NCBI GenBank assembly: GCA_905211645.1
Contig: CAJMBK010000007.1
Location: 159-64,158 of the forward strand
Direction: 5' to 3'
DNA length: 64,000 bases
Source of the DNA: an uncultured Bacillales bacterium
Lineage (GTDB): Bacteria; Bacillota_I; Bacilli_A; RFN20; CAG-288
This document shows positions 8,242-16,830 of the stretch, piece by piece (position 1 is the stretch's first letter; each line of letters starts with the position of its first letter). Under the pieces are notes generated by a model, which was not told where the DNA came from, did not search any database, and worked only from the letters and a program-made list of their open reading frames with translations. Both the position numbers and the translations under genes were made by a program.

Positions 8242-9585
8242 ATGGCATTTGAAAGTTTAAGCGATAAGTTCCAGGGTATTTTCAAAGGAATTCGTGGTCA
8301 TAAGGTTTTGACCGAAGAAAATATCAACGACGTCATCAAAGAGATTAGAATCGCTTTGTTAGACGCTGACGTCAACTACGAAGTTGCTTCAGAATTCGTT
8401 GATACTTTAGCAAAAGAAGCAGTTGGTCAACAGGTTTTTAAGAAATTATCACCTGGTGAAACCATGATTAAAATCACCTACGATGCTTTGGTTAAACTCC
8501 TAGGTGATGGTGATAATGATGTTTGTTTCAACATTGCAAAACCTACTGTAATCATGCTCGTCGGTTTGCAAGGTACCGGTAAAACAACCGCAATTGCTAA
8601 GTTAGCAAACTTGTATCAAAAGGTTAATAAAAAGAAAGTCTTGCTTGTTGCAGGTGATATCTACAGACCTGCTGCTATTGAGCAATTAAATACTTTAGCA
8701 GGTCAAACTCAAACTGATATCTACATAGATAGAGACGAAAAAGATGTTGCTAAGATCGCCAAAGCTGCATATCAAAAAGCACTTGATGAAAAATACGATG
8801 TCGTTTTAATCGATACCGCTGGTCGTTTGGAAATTGATGATGTTTTGATGGACGAACTTGTCAGAATCGAAAAGGCTGTCCCACTTGATGAAGAACTCCT
8901 TTTAGTTGACGCAATGGTCGGTCAAAACGCAGTTAATGTTGCTAAGACATTCCACGAGAAAGTTCGTTTAACCGGTATTATCATGTCCAAGCTCGATGGT
9001 GACGCAAGAGGCGGTGCTGCCTTATCCATCAAGAGAATGACCGGTTTACCAATTAAATACGCCTCTGTTGGTGAAAAGATTTCCGACTTGGAAAACTTCC
9101 ACCCAGAAGGTATGGCAAACCGTATCTTAGGTCAAGGTGATATCATCGGTGTTATCGAAGAAATCCAAAACAATATCGATGAAGCTCAAGCCATGAAGAC
9201 TTCAAAACGTTTGATGAATGGCTTATTCGATTTAACCGATATGCTTTCCATTCTTAAACAGATGAAGAAATTCTCTATGAGTAAACTTTTAAGAATGATT
9301 CCTGGTATGCCTAAATTCTCTGATGAAGATATCAAGAAACTTGAAGTTGAACTTAAACGTGTTGAAACAATCATCAACTCCATGACTATTCAAGAAAGAA
9401 AGAAACCAGAAATCATCAAACAGAATAGAAAGATGAGAATCGCTAAAGGTTCCGGTATGAAAGAAAAGGATGTTAGCTTAGTTTTGGATAAATATTTTGA
9501 GATGAGCAAGCAGATGAAATCCATGAAAAATGGTCAAATGAATCCTGCCGCTTTGAGCCAAATGATGAAAAATATAAGAAAGTGA
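8242..9585 (+). CDS. ffh: signal recognition particle protein Ffh
   Basis: SD GGAG upstream. Motifs GLQGTGKTTAIAKL, DTAGR, SKLDGDARGG, and a Met-rich M-domain. TGA stop. Confidence 0.97.
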   Translation: MAFESLSDKFQGIFKGIRGHKVLTEENINDVIKEIRIALLDADVNYEVASEFVDTLAKEAVGQQVFKKLSPGETMIKITYDALVKLLGDGDNDVCFNIAKPTVIMLVGLQGTGKTTAIAKLANLYQKVNKKKVLLVAGDIYRPAAIEQLNTLAGQTQTDIYIDRDEKDVAKIAKAAYQKALDEKYDVVLIDTAGRLEIDDVLMDELVRIEKAVPLDEELLLVDAMVGQNAVNVAKTFHEKVRLTGIIMSKLDGDARGGAALSIKRMTGLPIKYASVGEKISDLENFHPEGMANRILGQGDIIGVIEEIQNNIDEAQAMKTSKRLMNGLFDLTDMLSILKQMKKFSMSKLLRMIPGMPKFSDEDIKKLEVELKRVETIINSMTIQERKKPEIIKQNRKMRIAKGSGMKEKDVSLVLDKYFEMSKQMKSMKNGQMNPAALSQMMKNIRK

Positions 9586-9712
9586 TTCTAAGTTAATTTA
9601 TTTCTTGATTATTGAATAAAAAATTTGTAAGATATTAGTGCATTTAAAGGATATATACTTTAAATGTATGTCGGCTCTATTTTTTACCCTAAATAGAACG
9701 GCACCTCCTTTC

Positions 9713-9751
9713 GCTAGAAGGTTTACCCCCCTGTTCCTTCTAGCTTTTTTT
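9713..9751 (+). terminator. rho-independent terminator for the ffh operon
   Basis: GCTAGAAGG...CCTTCTAGC 9-bp stem followed by T7. Confidence 0.75.
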
Positions 9752-9758
9752 AAACAGA

Positions 9759-9789
9759 AATCCCAGGAAGATTGTTACCTCCTGGGATT
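9759..9789 (-). terminator. hairpin downstream of trmD (terminator candidate)
   Basis: AATCCCAGGA / TCCTGGGATT perfect 10-bp stem 3 nt after the trmD stop. The U-tract on the minus strand is weak (TCTGTTT). Confidence 0.5.
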
Positions 9790-9792
9790 GCT

Positions 9793-10509
9793 TTATTTCT
9801 TTTTGTAATTGTTGAGTAATTTCATATCTTCCTTAGTGAAGATATGTTTTTTATATAAATCGGGACGGATTCTCTTTGTTTTATTTAATGCGTCCAATCT
9901 TCTTTGACTTGAGATTGTTTTATGATTTCCTTTTAAAAGGTAATCAGGAACTTCATGACCTTCATAATTTGTTGGGTAGGTGAATTGATCGTATTCTAAG
10001 AGATTATCGTTGTAGGATTCTTCGTTTGTTGAATCTTTTGTGATGACACCATCAATCAATCTCACAATTGAATCAGCAACAATTAGTGAACTTGCTTCAC
10101 CACCTGTTAAGACATAATCACCAATTGAAATCTGTTCATCGACGTAGTGAATAATTCTTGAATCAACACCTTCGTAATGTCCACAGATTAATGTTATCTC
10201 ATCTTTCTTAGAAAGTTCGATTGCTTTATCTTGTGTGTATAAAGGAGCGTCTGCGGCAAGAAGTATCTTGTAGGTATCCATAAGATTATTCTGTCTTAAA
10301 CAGTCTAAAATAGGCTGCAATTGCATGACTAATCCGGCACCGCCACCTAATGGATGATCATCAACTCTTTTAGTCTTGGATAATGAGTAGTCTCGGATAT
10401 TGAATAATCTAAATTCAACCTTACCTTTTAAGATAGCTTTCTTGATGATGGAAACCTTGAAAAATGATTCAAAATACTCAGGAAAGATGGTGACAATATT
10501 GATTATCAT
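9793..10509 (-). CDS. trmD: tRNA (guanine37-N1)-methyltransferase TrmD
   Basis: N-terminus IVTIFPEYFESF, plus DDHPLGGGAGLVM, GHYEGVDSR, SIGDYVLTGGE. Overlaps the rimM stop. Confidence 0.95.
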   Translation of the reverse strand: MIINIVTIFPEYFESFFKVSIIKKAILKGKVEFRLFNIRDYSLSKTKRVDDHPLGGGAGLVMQLQPILDCLRQNNLMDTYKILLAADAPLYTQDKAIELSKKDEITLICGHYEGVDSRIIHYVDEQISIGDYVLTGGEASSLIVADSIVRLIDGVITKDSTNEESYNDNLLEYDQFTYPTNYEGHEVPDYLLKGNHKTISSQRRLDALNKTKRIRPDLYKKHIFTKEDMKLLNNYKKK

Positions 10510-11003
10510 ACGTTTAAAGTTTCCTCACCGAGAGCAGTTAAAATTACTCGTTTATTCTCTAGATCGATATCTTTGATAAAGATGCCCATTTGAACTGGAA
10601 TGTCCTTATTTTGACTTGTTATAATGTGGCATATTCCAAGGTCTTCTCTTGTGGAAGCAACTTTATCAATAACTTCTAAGTTTTCACTACAAATATCCAT
10701 ATCTTTGAAGTCATCAAAGTAGAAAGTACCTTCGATTCTTTCGCAGTCCATATAGATGTCGTAGTTGATATATTTTTCAACTTGGTTGATATCGTCAATT
10801 CCTTTCAAAAACAAGTGGATAACCTTATCATTTTTAACTTTGTAGTAGTCAACTACAAAGGTTTTTTCACGTCCGTTGTCGTTGATAATAATCTTGTTGC
10901 CTTCTTTAAATCTTTCTTCTGGGTAACTTGTTGTGATGACAACTTTTAAGCCGCCGTTGATGCCGAATGTGTTGACGATATGACCTACTCTTTTTCTTTC
11001 CAT
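10506..11003 (-). CDS. rimM: 16S rRNA processing protein RimM
   Basis: VGHIVNTFGINGGLKV...YPEERF N-terminal motif. SD GGAGG upstream. Position between the KH gene and trmD. Confidence 0.88.
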   Translation of the reverse strand: MERKRVGHIVNTFGINGGLKVVITTSYPEERFKEGNKIIINDNGREKTFVVDYYKVKNDKVIHLFLKGIDDINQVEKYINYDIYMDCERIEGTFYFDDFKDMDICSENLEVIDKVASTREDLGICHIITSQNKDIPVQMGIFIKDIDLENKRVILTALGEETLNV

Positions 11004-11041
11004 ATTTAACCTCCAATTGGGGATTTGGTACTAAATAATAA

Positions 11042-11067
11042 AAAGTTACCACACCAGTGGTAACTTT
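11042..11067 (-). promoter_or_regulatory. intra-operon hairpin between the KH-protein gene and rimM
   Basis: AAAGTTACCAC-tggt-GTGGTAACTTT perfect 11-bp stem followed on the minus strand by TTATTATTT. Confidence 0.4.
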
Positions 11068-11082
11068 AGATTTTTACATTAA

Positions 11083-11364
11083 TTAAGCTTCTTCAGACTC
11101 GTTTAAAGATTCGAACTTGAGCATGACTTTCTTGTGGCTGCTTCTTGCGATGGAATTTACAAGTTCTCTGATAGCATTTGCATTAACTCCGTGGTTTGTA
11201 AGAAGTTTGGCAAGATCAGATGAGTCGACACAAACGACGTATTTTTGTACCTTGTTATTCAAATCTTCTTCAGTGTCTGTTCTTTTGATAAAAAGAGCTT
11301 CCTTAACAGAAAGAAGTGGTTCGATTACGGTCTTAATAACCTCACTAAATTCAATATTTTCCAC
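11083..11364 (-). CDS. KH-domain RNA-binding protein (YlqC family)
   Basis: GTG start 3 nt after AAGGAGAAGG. About 90 aa. Conserved position between rpsP and rimM. Confidence 0.75.
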   Translation of the reverse strand: MENIEFSEVIKTVIEPLLSVKEALFIKRTDTEEDLNNKVQKYVVCVDSSDLAKLLTNHGVNANAIRELVNSIARSSHKKVMLKFESLNESEEA

Positions 11365-11400
11365 AATCCTTCTCCTTTACAATCTACTTAATTATAACAA

Positions 11401-11850
11401 TTAAGCAGCTGCTTCTTCAGTGTTTTCAACTGGTTGTTTGTCTTGTCTCTTAGCTAAACGTTTTGCTTTATGTCTTGCAATTCTTGCTTCTTCAAGTTTA
11501 GCCTTGTTGGACTTAGCAGCTTGTTTAGCCTTGCCAGAGGTCTTGTTGTTTTCCTTAGAAACCTTTTCAACCTTTTGAGCACCCTTCTTGGTTGCAACGA
11601 ATTTTGCCCAGATACCGGTCTTCTTGAAAAGTGTTCTGACAGATTCAGATGGTTGAGCACCTAATGAGAGCCACTTTAATGCGGATTCTTCATTGATCTT
11701 CAATCTGTTGTTATCTGTGTTATCGATTGGATCGAAGTTACCGATTTCTTCGATGTTTTGACCTCTAGGGGTGTTACGTGAATCGGAGACGACGATTCTG
11801 TATGTCATATCATTTTTTCTACCAAGTCTCTTTAATCTAATTTTAACCAT
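11401..11850 (-). CDS. rpsP: 30S ribosomal protein S16 with a Lys/Ala-rich C-terminal extension of about 60 aa
   Basis: MVKIRLKRLGRK...YRIVVSDSRNTPRG is the canonical S16 N-terminus. SD AAGGAG upstream. Confidence 0.95.
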   Translation of the reverse strand: MVKIRLKRLGRKNDMTYRIVVSDSRNTPRGQNIEEIGNFDPIDNTDNNRLKINEESALKWLSLGAQPSESVRTLFKKTGIWAKFVATKKGAQKVEKVSKENNKTSGKAKQAAKSNKAKLEEARIARHKAKRLAKRQDKQPVENTEEAAA

Positions 11851-11883
11851 ATGTAATTTTTCTCCTTTTTACAAAGCTCAAAT

Positions 11884-11912
11884 AGTATAGAAATTTATAA
11901 TATGCCTGTCAA
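11884..11912 (-). promoter_or_regulatory. sigma-A type promoter for rpsP
   Basis: Minus strand reads TTGACA - 17 nt - TATACT, about 30 nt upstream of the rpsP ATG and just downstream of the rplS terminator. Confidence 0.6.
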
Positions 11913-11942
11913 GTATTTTATATTGACACTATCAATTTTACA

Positions 11943-11969
11943 ATAAGAAAAGCTCCCATGCTGGGAGCC
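11943..11969 (-). terminator. rho-independent terminator after rplS
   Basis: Minus strand reads GCTCCCA-gca-TGGGAGC followed by TTTTCTTATT. Confidence 0.7.
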
Positions 11970-11982
11970 TAGATTACTTTAA

Positions 11983-12339
11983 TTACTTGTTGTTAAGAGT
12001 TTCTTTCAAACGTGCGCTCTTACCAGAGAGGTTACGAATGTAGAAAATCTTCTTACGACGGACTTTACCGGACTTGACAACTTGAATTGAAGCGATTGTT
12101 GGTGAATTGACCAAGAAATTACGTTCAACACCGACACCGTAGGAAATCTTTCTAACAATGAAAGTTTTGCTGACGCCAGAACCTCTGAAACCGATGCAAA
12201 GACCTTCGAAGACTTGGATACGTTCCTTATTACCTTCACGGATCTTGACGGATACTCTTAAAGTATCACCGGTTTTGAAACTTGGGATATCGTGTCTTAA
12301 TTGAGTTTGAGTAACTTCATTAACTAAATTTAAGTTCAT
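11983..12339 (-). CDS. rplS: 50S ribosomal protein L19
   Basis: [32 protein letters not shown] is the canonical L19 core. SD AAGGAG upstream. Confidence 0.96.
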   Translation of the reverse strand: MNLNLVNEVTQTQLRHDIPSFKTGDTLRVSVKIREGNKERIQVFEGLCIGFRGSGVSKTFIVRKISYGVGVERNFLVNSPTIASIQVVKSGKVRRKKIFYIRNLSGKSARLKETLNNK

Positions 12340-12464
12340 CGATTTTCTCCTTTATACTAATCTTTGCTTTTAACTGTTCACAATCTTGGATTGGCGGAAC
12401 AAAGCTATGCAACTAAAGTTGCTCATTAAGTTTAGCAAATTTGAAAATCTAAGTAAATGGAAAT

Positions 12465-14257
12465 TTAATCGCTGATGTAGGAGATGTAGTTTTGATTGTA
12501 TATTATACCCTTGATAGTGTAAGTTTCACCAACTGTCAAATCTTCAGGAAGATTCTTAATTATGTAGGCGACGCCATTTGGACCTTCGATCTTATTCTTT
12601 GCAGTTGCAGTTCCTGTTAAAGATACGAATTTAGCGTTTAAAACATTGGTGTATGTTTCGTCAAATTCTGCTGTAATTTCGGTGTATGTGATATCAACAT
12701 CGAGGTCTTCATTGAGAACAACAGCAGTAGCATTTGAGCTATTGTAGATATTTAATTTACCACTAGCAAATGCCTTAGAGAATAAACAAAGCATTACTGT
12801 ATCGCCGATATTTAATTGGTTGTAAACAAAGTCTTTGAAAGCAACGCTCAATCCGCCGGTTCCATCATACACAACATAGTGACTACTTGCATGACCTTTT
12901 GCAACGATTTTTGCTTTGATGTAGGTTGCTTCACCTTGAACAAGACCATCCTCATTTGCCTGAGCAAGTGTTTTGTAAGGAAGTTTATCGATATCATCAT
13001 CAAGAACCAAAACTGTCATAGTATCAAGTAAATTAAAGATAGAATTGTATAATTTAATAGTTTGATAACCGTAATAGTCTTTGGTTAAAATCTCATTGTC
13101 ACTTACGTTAATGACAATTTCTCTAGTTGCAGTAATTAATTCAGTATTAGTTCTAATTTTACTGACATCTTCTGGTTTTAAATTATTGATGAAATCGGTC
13201 AAAGTGTAAGTTGAATTTGCGTGCAATATCACTGAATCTTCTTTGAAAGTAATAGGAGCAGCCTTAACGTTGATTGTGTAACTTGCAGTAACTGATTCAT
13301 CTCCTTTGGAAGTAACTTTCAAAGTGGTTATACCTTCTGCTAAACCAGTAACAATACCATTCACATCAACCTCTGCAATAGTGCCATCTTCAATTTCAAA
13401 GTTAAGATTGGCATTGCTTGCTTCTGAAGGTGTTAATGTAGGTTTTATTTTATAAGTTTCACCGATTTCGATATCGATTGTATCTGTTTCAGTTTCGATG
13501 TCGGTGACTACTGTTTCTCTGGGAAGAATCTTGATATCAAGTGAGCAATCTGAATCTTCTGTCCAGTATGCTGACCATTTAGGCTGAGCTAAAACATTGA
13601 CTTTACCAACACCTAGTGCAGTAACTGTGACACTTCTATTTTCATCATCCATTGTTAATTCAGCTATGTTTACAGCTGACTCATATTTATTTTGGAGTTG
13701 AATACCTTCTGAAGCATCTAAAGGCTCAACGTCAAAAGTGAAAGTCTTAGTTTCACCAACTTTCATTTCAACAGTAGCGTGGACGGATTGTCCGGTGGAA
13801 TGTTCAGAAATTGAATGGATGTATTTACCCAAATCTTTTGTAGCACCGCAGCGGCATTCAAAGTAAACATGGCCTGTTTCTTCATCAAGTTTTGTTCCTG
13901 TTGGATAAGGAACTTCGTGCTGTTGCATCTTGATTTCAGCGTCACATCTATCACATTTGAAGAAGTGGTAACTCTTATCGTATTCAGAACCTTCGTGATA
14001 GTGATAGACACCATCTGTATTGACGTGTCCACCTAAATCTGGAATAGTTTCATACTCCTTGTGACCGCACTTTTTACAAGTTCTTTCTTTTTGACCTTCG
14101 GTTGTGCAACCCGCTTCTCTCGTGACAACCCATTCACCATACTCATGATTGGTGCATTCCTCAACTACTGAAGTGCTTGCGCTATCTTCAGGACCACAGG
14201 AATTGAGGGGGGGGTTATCAGACATAAGGAAGCGACTAAAATTAGTTTCTTTTTCAT
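12465..14257 (-). CDS. surface lipoprotein with a Cys-rich N-terminal region and bacterial Ig-like (Big_2) domains; the frame is broken at a C8 tract inside the signal peptide
   Basis: ATG 14257 lies 9 nt after GGAG and encodes MKKKLILVASLCLITPP. This frame stops at 14165. The 586-aa body (12465..14225) is in the +1 frame and its ATG has no SD. With 9 C instead of 8 the product reads MKKKLILVASLCLITPPPLNSCGPED... (signal peptide plus a lipobox-like LNSC). Big_2-like segments include IVTGLAEGITTLKVTSKGDESVTASYTINV. Confidence 0.7.
14207..14214. repeat. G8 (C8 on the coding strand) homopolymer, candidate slipped-strand phase-variation tract
   Basis: attgaGGGGGGGGttatc. It is the longest G/C run I noticed in this AT-rich window and lies exactly at the frame break of the lipoprotein gene. 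Confidence 0.8.
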
Positions 14258-14501
14258 ACGTCTGTTCTCCTTTTTATATTATCTATATTATAGGTGACGG
14301 ATAGATTTTTGTCGCTTACGACTATAATGTATTAAGAGCAAAAAACTTGCTATTGATTTCCAAATTTCAATTTGATACTCTATTAAGGTATATGGGCTAA
14401 GTATGCAATTTTTTACTAGCCTTATGTTAATTAACGTGGGAGAAGATGTAACTCTTCATTAACCACGCCAAGACATTTCAAATTAGGAGGAAAAAAGTCT
14501 C

Positions 14502-14921
14502 ATGGCAGCTAAAAAAGTTACAAGAGTCATGAAGGTCATGGCTATGGGCGGTGAAGCAAGCCCTGCAAAGCTTGGTCAAAAATTAGGTCCTTATGGTATC
14601 GGTCCTAAATTCTGTCAAGATTTCAATGCAAAAACTTCAGATCGTAGAGGTGAATTAGTCCCTTGCATCCTCACCATCTATGAAGACAGAACATTCAATG
14701 TTGAATTGAAGACATCTCCTGTCACTTTCTTATTGAAGAAAGCCGCTGGTATCGAAAAAGGTAGCCACAACAAGGCTCAAGGCATCGTCGGTCACGTTTC
14801 CCGTGAAGAAGTCGAAAAGATTGCAAACTACAAGATGCCAGATCTTAACGTTGATTCCTTAGAAGCAGCAGTCCGTTGCATCGAAGGTACCGCTAAGAGC
14901 ATGGGTATTCAAATTGATTAA
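14502..14921 (+). CDS. rplK: 50S ribosomal protein L11
   Basis: SD AGGAGG upstream. 139 aa. L11-like core with TFNVELKTSPVTFLLKKAAGIEKGS and a C-terminal MGIQID. Confidence 0.93.
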   Translation: MAAKKVTRVMKVMAMGGEASPAKLGQKLGPYGIGPKFCQDFNAKTSDRRGELVPCILTIYEDRTFNVELKTSPVTFLLKKAAGIEKGSHNKAQGIVGHVSREEVEKIANYKMPDLNVDSLEAAVRCIEGTAKSMGIQID

Positions 14922-14936
14922 TGAGGTGATGGAAGT

Positions 14937-15623
14937 ATGAAAAGAAGTAAAAAATATTTAGAAGCTAAAAAGCTTATTGATGCAAGCAGAGTTTATTCAA
15001 TTGCTGAAGCTAGTGAATTAGTTAAGAAAACTTCTACCACTAAGTTCGATGCTTCTGTCGAATTGACATTCAAACTCAACGTCGATACAAAGCAAGCAGA
15101 CCAACAATTACGTGGTACAATCGTTTTACCTCATGGTAACGGTAAGACCAAGAAAATCTTAGCTATCACAAATACAAAGCAAGAAGAAGCTAAGGCTGCT
15201 GGTGCTGATTTCGTCGGTGCAGCTGATATGTTAGAAAAGATTCAAAAAGAAAACTGGTTCGGTTTCGACATCATCGTCGCAACTCCAGATATGATGGGTC
15301 AACTCGGTAAGATGGGTAAGATCTTAGGTCCTAAAGGTTTGATGCCAAACCCAAAGACTGGTACAGTTACTCCTAATATCGGTGCTGCTATCACAGAAAT
15401 CAAGAACGGTAAGATCACATACCGTACAGATAAAGAAGGTAACGTCCAAGTTACAGTCGCAAAAGTTAGCTTCGACTCTGACAAGATTGTCGAAAACATC
15501 AAGACTGTTGTCGCCTTAATTTTGAAGGTTAAACCTGTCGCTGTTAAAGGTACATACATCCAAAGTATGACAGTTTCAACAACAATGGGTCCTTCTATCA
15601 GAGTTTCTAGCGATCTCAAGTAA
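14937..15623 (+). CDS. rplA: 50S ribosomal protein L1
   Basis: SD GAGGTGAT upstream. [16 protein letters not shown] is the L1 signature. Confidence 0.96.
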   Translation: MKRSKKYLEAKKLIDASRVYSIAEASELVKKTSTTKFDASVELTFKLNVDTKQADQQLRGTIVLPHGNGKTKKILAITNTKQEEAKAAGADFVGAADMLEKIQKENWFGFDIIVATPDMMGQLGKMGKILGPKGLMPNPKTGTVTPNIGAAITEIKNGKITYRTDKEGNVQVTVAKVSFDSDKIVENIKTVVALILKVKPVAVKGTYIQSMTVSTTMGPSIRVSSDLK

Positions 15624-15646
15624 TAAATCGCTAATTTAAGTTTGAT

Positions 15647-15727
15647 GCACTCAATATACCGAAGACCGTAACTGTCTTATGACTTAATTTGTTACGCAGG
15701 AAACTGTTTCTGAAAGTATATTGTTGC
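15647..15727 (+). promoter_or_regulatory. structured rplJ 5' leader (candidate L10 autoregulatory leader)
   Basis: Closing helix CAATATAC (15652-59) / GTATATTG (15716-23) plus GCA/TGC. It encloses an inner CGTAAC (15667-72) / GTTACG (15691-96) stem. Located about 30 nt 5' of the rplJ SD. Confidence 0.35.
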
Positions 15728-15758
15728 AATATATATTAGAAATAGGAGGATAAAAGAC

Positions 15759-16247
15759 ATGAACTCTAAAGTTTTAGAGAGTAAGAAAGCTATCGTCGCA
15801 GGTCTTAATGAACATCTCGATGGTTCCAACTGCGTCATCGTCGTTTCTTATCAAGGATTACCTGTCAGCTCCATGACCCAATTAAGAAAAGGTCTTAAAA
15901 AGGTCGGCGCTAAGATGGAAATCCACAAGAATACCCTTCTCCGCAGAGCAATCGATGGTGAAGGTTATCAAGCTCTCGATTCAATTTTAAAGGGTCCAAA
16001 CGCTTTGATCACATCACACGAAAGTACAAGTGCTTTACCTGTTCTCCAACAATTTGCTAAGAAGAACAAAGCTCTTGTTATCAAGGGTGCTGTCATCGAA
16101 AGAACATACTGCGATCCTGCAAAAATCGAAGCTTTAGCTAATGTCGGTGGCAAAGAAGGTGCACTCAGCATGCTCCTCTCTGTATTGGAAGCTCCAATCA
16201 GACAATTTGCTGTCGCATGTAAAGCTGTCGCTGAAAAGCAACAATAA
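15759..16247 (+). CDS. rplJ: 50S ribosomal protein L10
   Basis: SD AGGAGG upstream. 162 aa. Position between rplA and rplL. L10-like N-terminus. Confidence 0.93.
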   Translation: MNSKVLESKKAIVAGLNEHLDGSNCVIVVSYQGLPVSSMTQLRKGLKKVGAKMEIHKNTLLRRAIDGEGYQALDSILKGPNALITSHESTSALPVLQQFAKKNKALVIKGAVIERTYCDPAKIEALANVGGKEGALSMLLSVLEAPIRQFAVACKAVAEKQQ

Positions 16248-16303
16248 TCATTTAAAACTAATCAAACAAACAATTTATTACTAGAAAGGAAATAGTTAAA
16301 ATT

Positions 16304-16675
16304 ATGGCAAAGTTAACAAAAGAAGAGATCATTTCCTCTTTAAAAGAAATGACAGTTGTCGAAGTTTTTGATTTAGTCAAAGCTATCGAAGATGAATTCG
16401 GCGTTACAGCCGCTGCTGCTGTTGCTGCTGCTCCTGTCGCTGCTGCTGCAGAAGAAGAAGGTCCAAGCGAAGTCAACTTAATCCTCAAGAGTGTTGGCGC
16501 AAGCAAGGTCCCAGTTATCAAGGCTGTCCAAGCTATCACAGGTCTTGGCTTAATGGATGCTAAGAAGTTAGTTGATGGCGCTCCATGTGCAGTTAAAGAA
16601 AAGATTTCCCCTGCAGAAGCTGAAGAACACAAGAAGACTTTAGAAGCTGCTGGTGCAGAAGTTGAAATCAAGTAA
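16304..16675 (+). CDS. rplL: 50S ribosomal protein L7/L12
   Basis: Ala-rich hinge [17 protein letters not shown] and C-terminal domain [15 protein letters not shown]...AEVEIK. Confidence 0.97.
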   Translation: MAKLTKEEIISSLKEMTVVEVFDLVKAIEDEFGVTAAAAVAAAPVAAAAEEEGPSEVNLILKSVGASKVPVIKAVQAITGLGLMDAKKLVDGAPCAVKEKISPAEAEEHKKTLEAAGAEVEIK

Positions 16676-16714
16676 TTCTTCTAATTTATTTCGATAAAAT
16701 TTAACCAAAAAACG

Positions 16715-16751
16715 CCTTTCCATCCCTCTTTCGGGGTGGTAAGGTTTTCTT
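16715..16751 (+). terminator. rplL-rpoB intergenic attenuator/terminator hairpin
   Basis: CCTTTCCATCCC-tctttc-GGGGTGGTAAGG (11 of 12 positions paired) followed by TTTTCTT. Confidence 0.55.
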
Positions 16752-16830
16752 GGTTTATATACGGGGGTGTAGTTTCCCTTCAATTTGCTACAAATTATCC
16801 TATGTTTTAATAGGAGCAGAGAGGAATTTT

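Noticed and set aside
9640-9760. Possible small SRP RNA or other sRNA in the 207-nt spacer next to ffh (three consecutive hairpins, C6 loop)
   Set aside because: Neither strand shows the conserved SRP domain IV pattern (GGAA tetraloop flanked by the AGCA/GGA asymmetric loop). The spacer lies between convergent genes, and the hairpins are adequately explained as the ffh and trmD terminators plus one AT-rich stem. An Infernal scan would settle it.
12340-12464. L19 (rplS) autoregulatory leader in the 125-nt region upstream of rplS
   Set aside because: The position is right for the Bacillota L19 leader, but I could not identify a convincing conserved helix by eye. I left it uncalled pending an Rfam scan.
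15299-15619. Antisense ORFs in rplA, and the same class in rpoB/rpoC (e.g. 22775..23167, 23228..23542), ftsH, oppD and mksB
   Set aside because: They are shadow ORFs on the opposite strand of highly conserved genes and have no independent start signals.
16258-16671. 137-aa antisense ORF covering rplL
   Set aside because: It is the mirror image of the Ala/Glu-rich L7/L12 codons. It has low-complexity Ala/Ser/Thr composition and no SD.
16750-16830. 5' extension of the rpoB ORF (MVYIRGCSFPSICYKLSYVLIGAERNF...)
   Set aside because: It starts at a TTG inside the U-tract of the rplL-rpoB attenuator and has no SD. ATG 16831 is preceded by GGAGCAGAGAGG and gives the conserved RpoB N-terminus.
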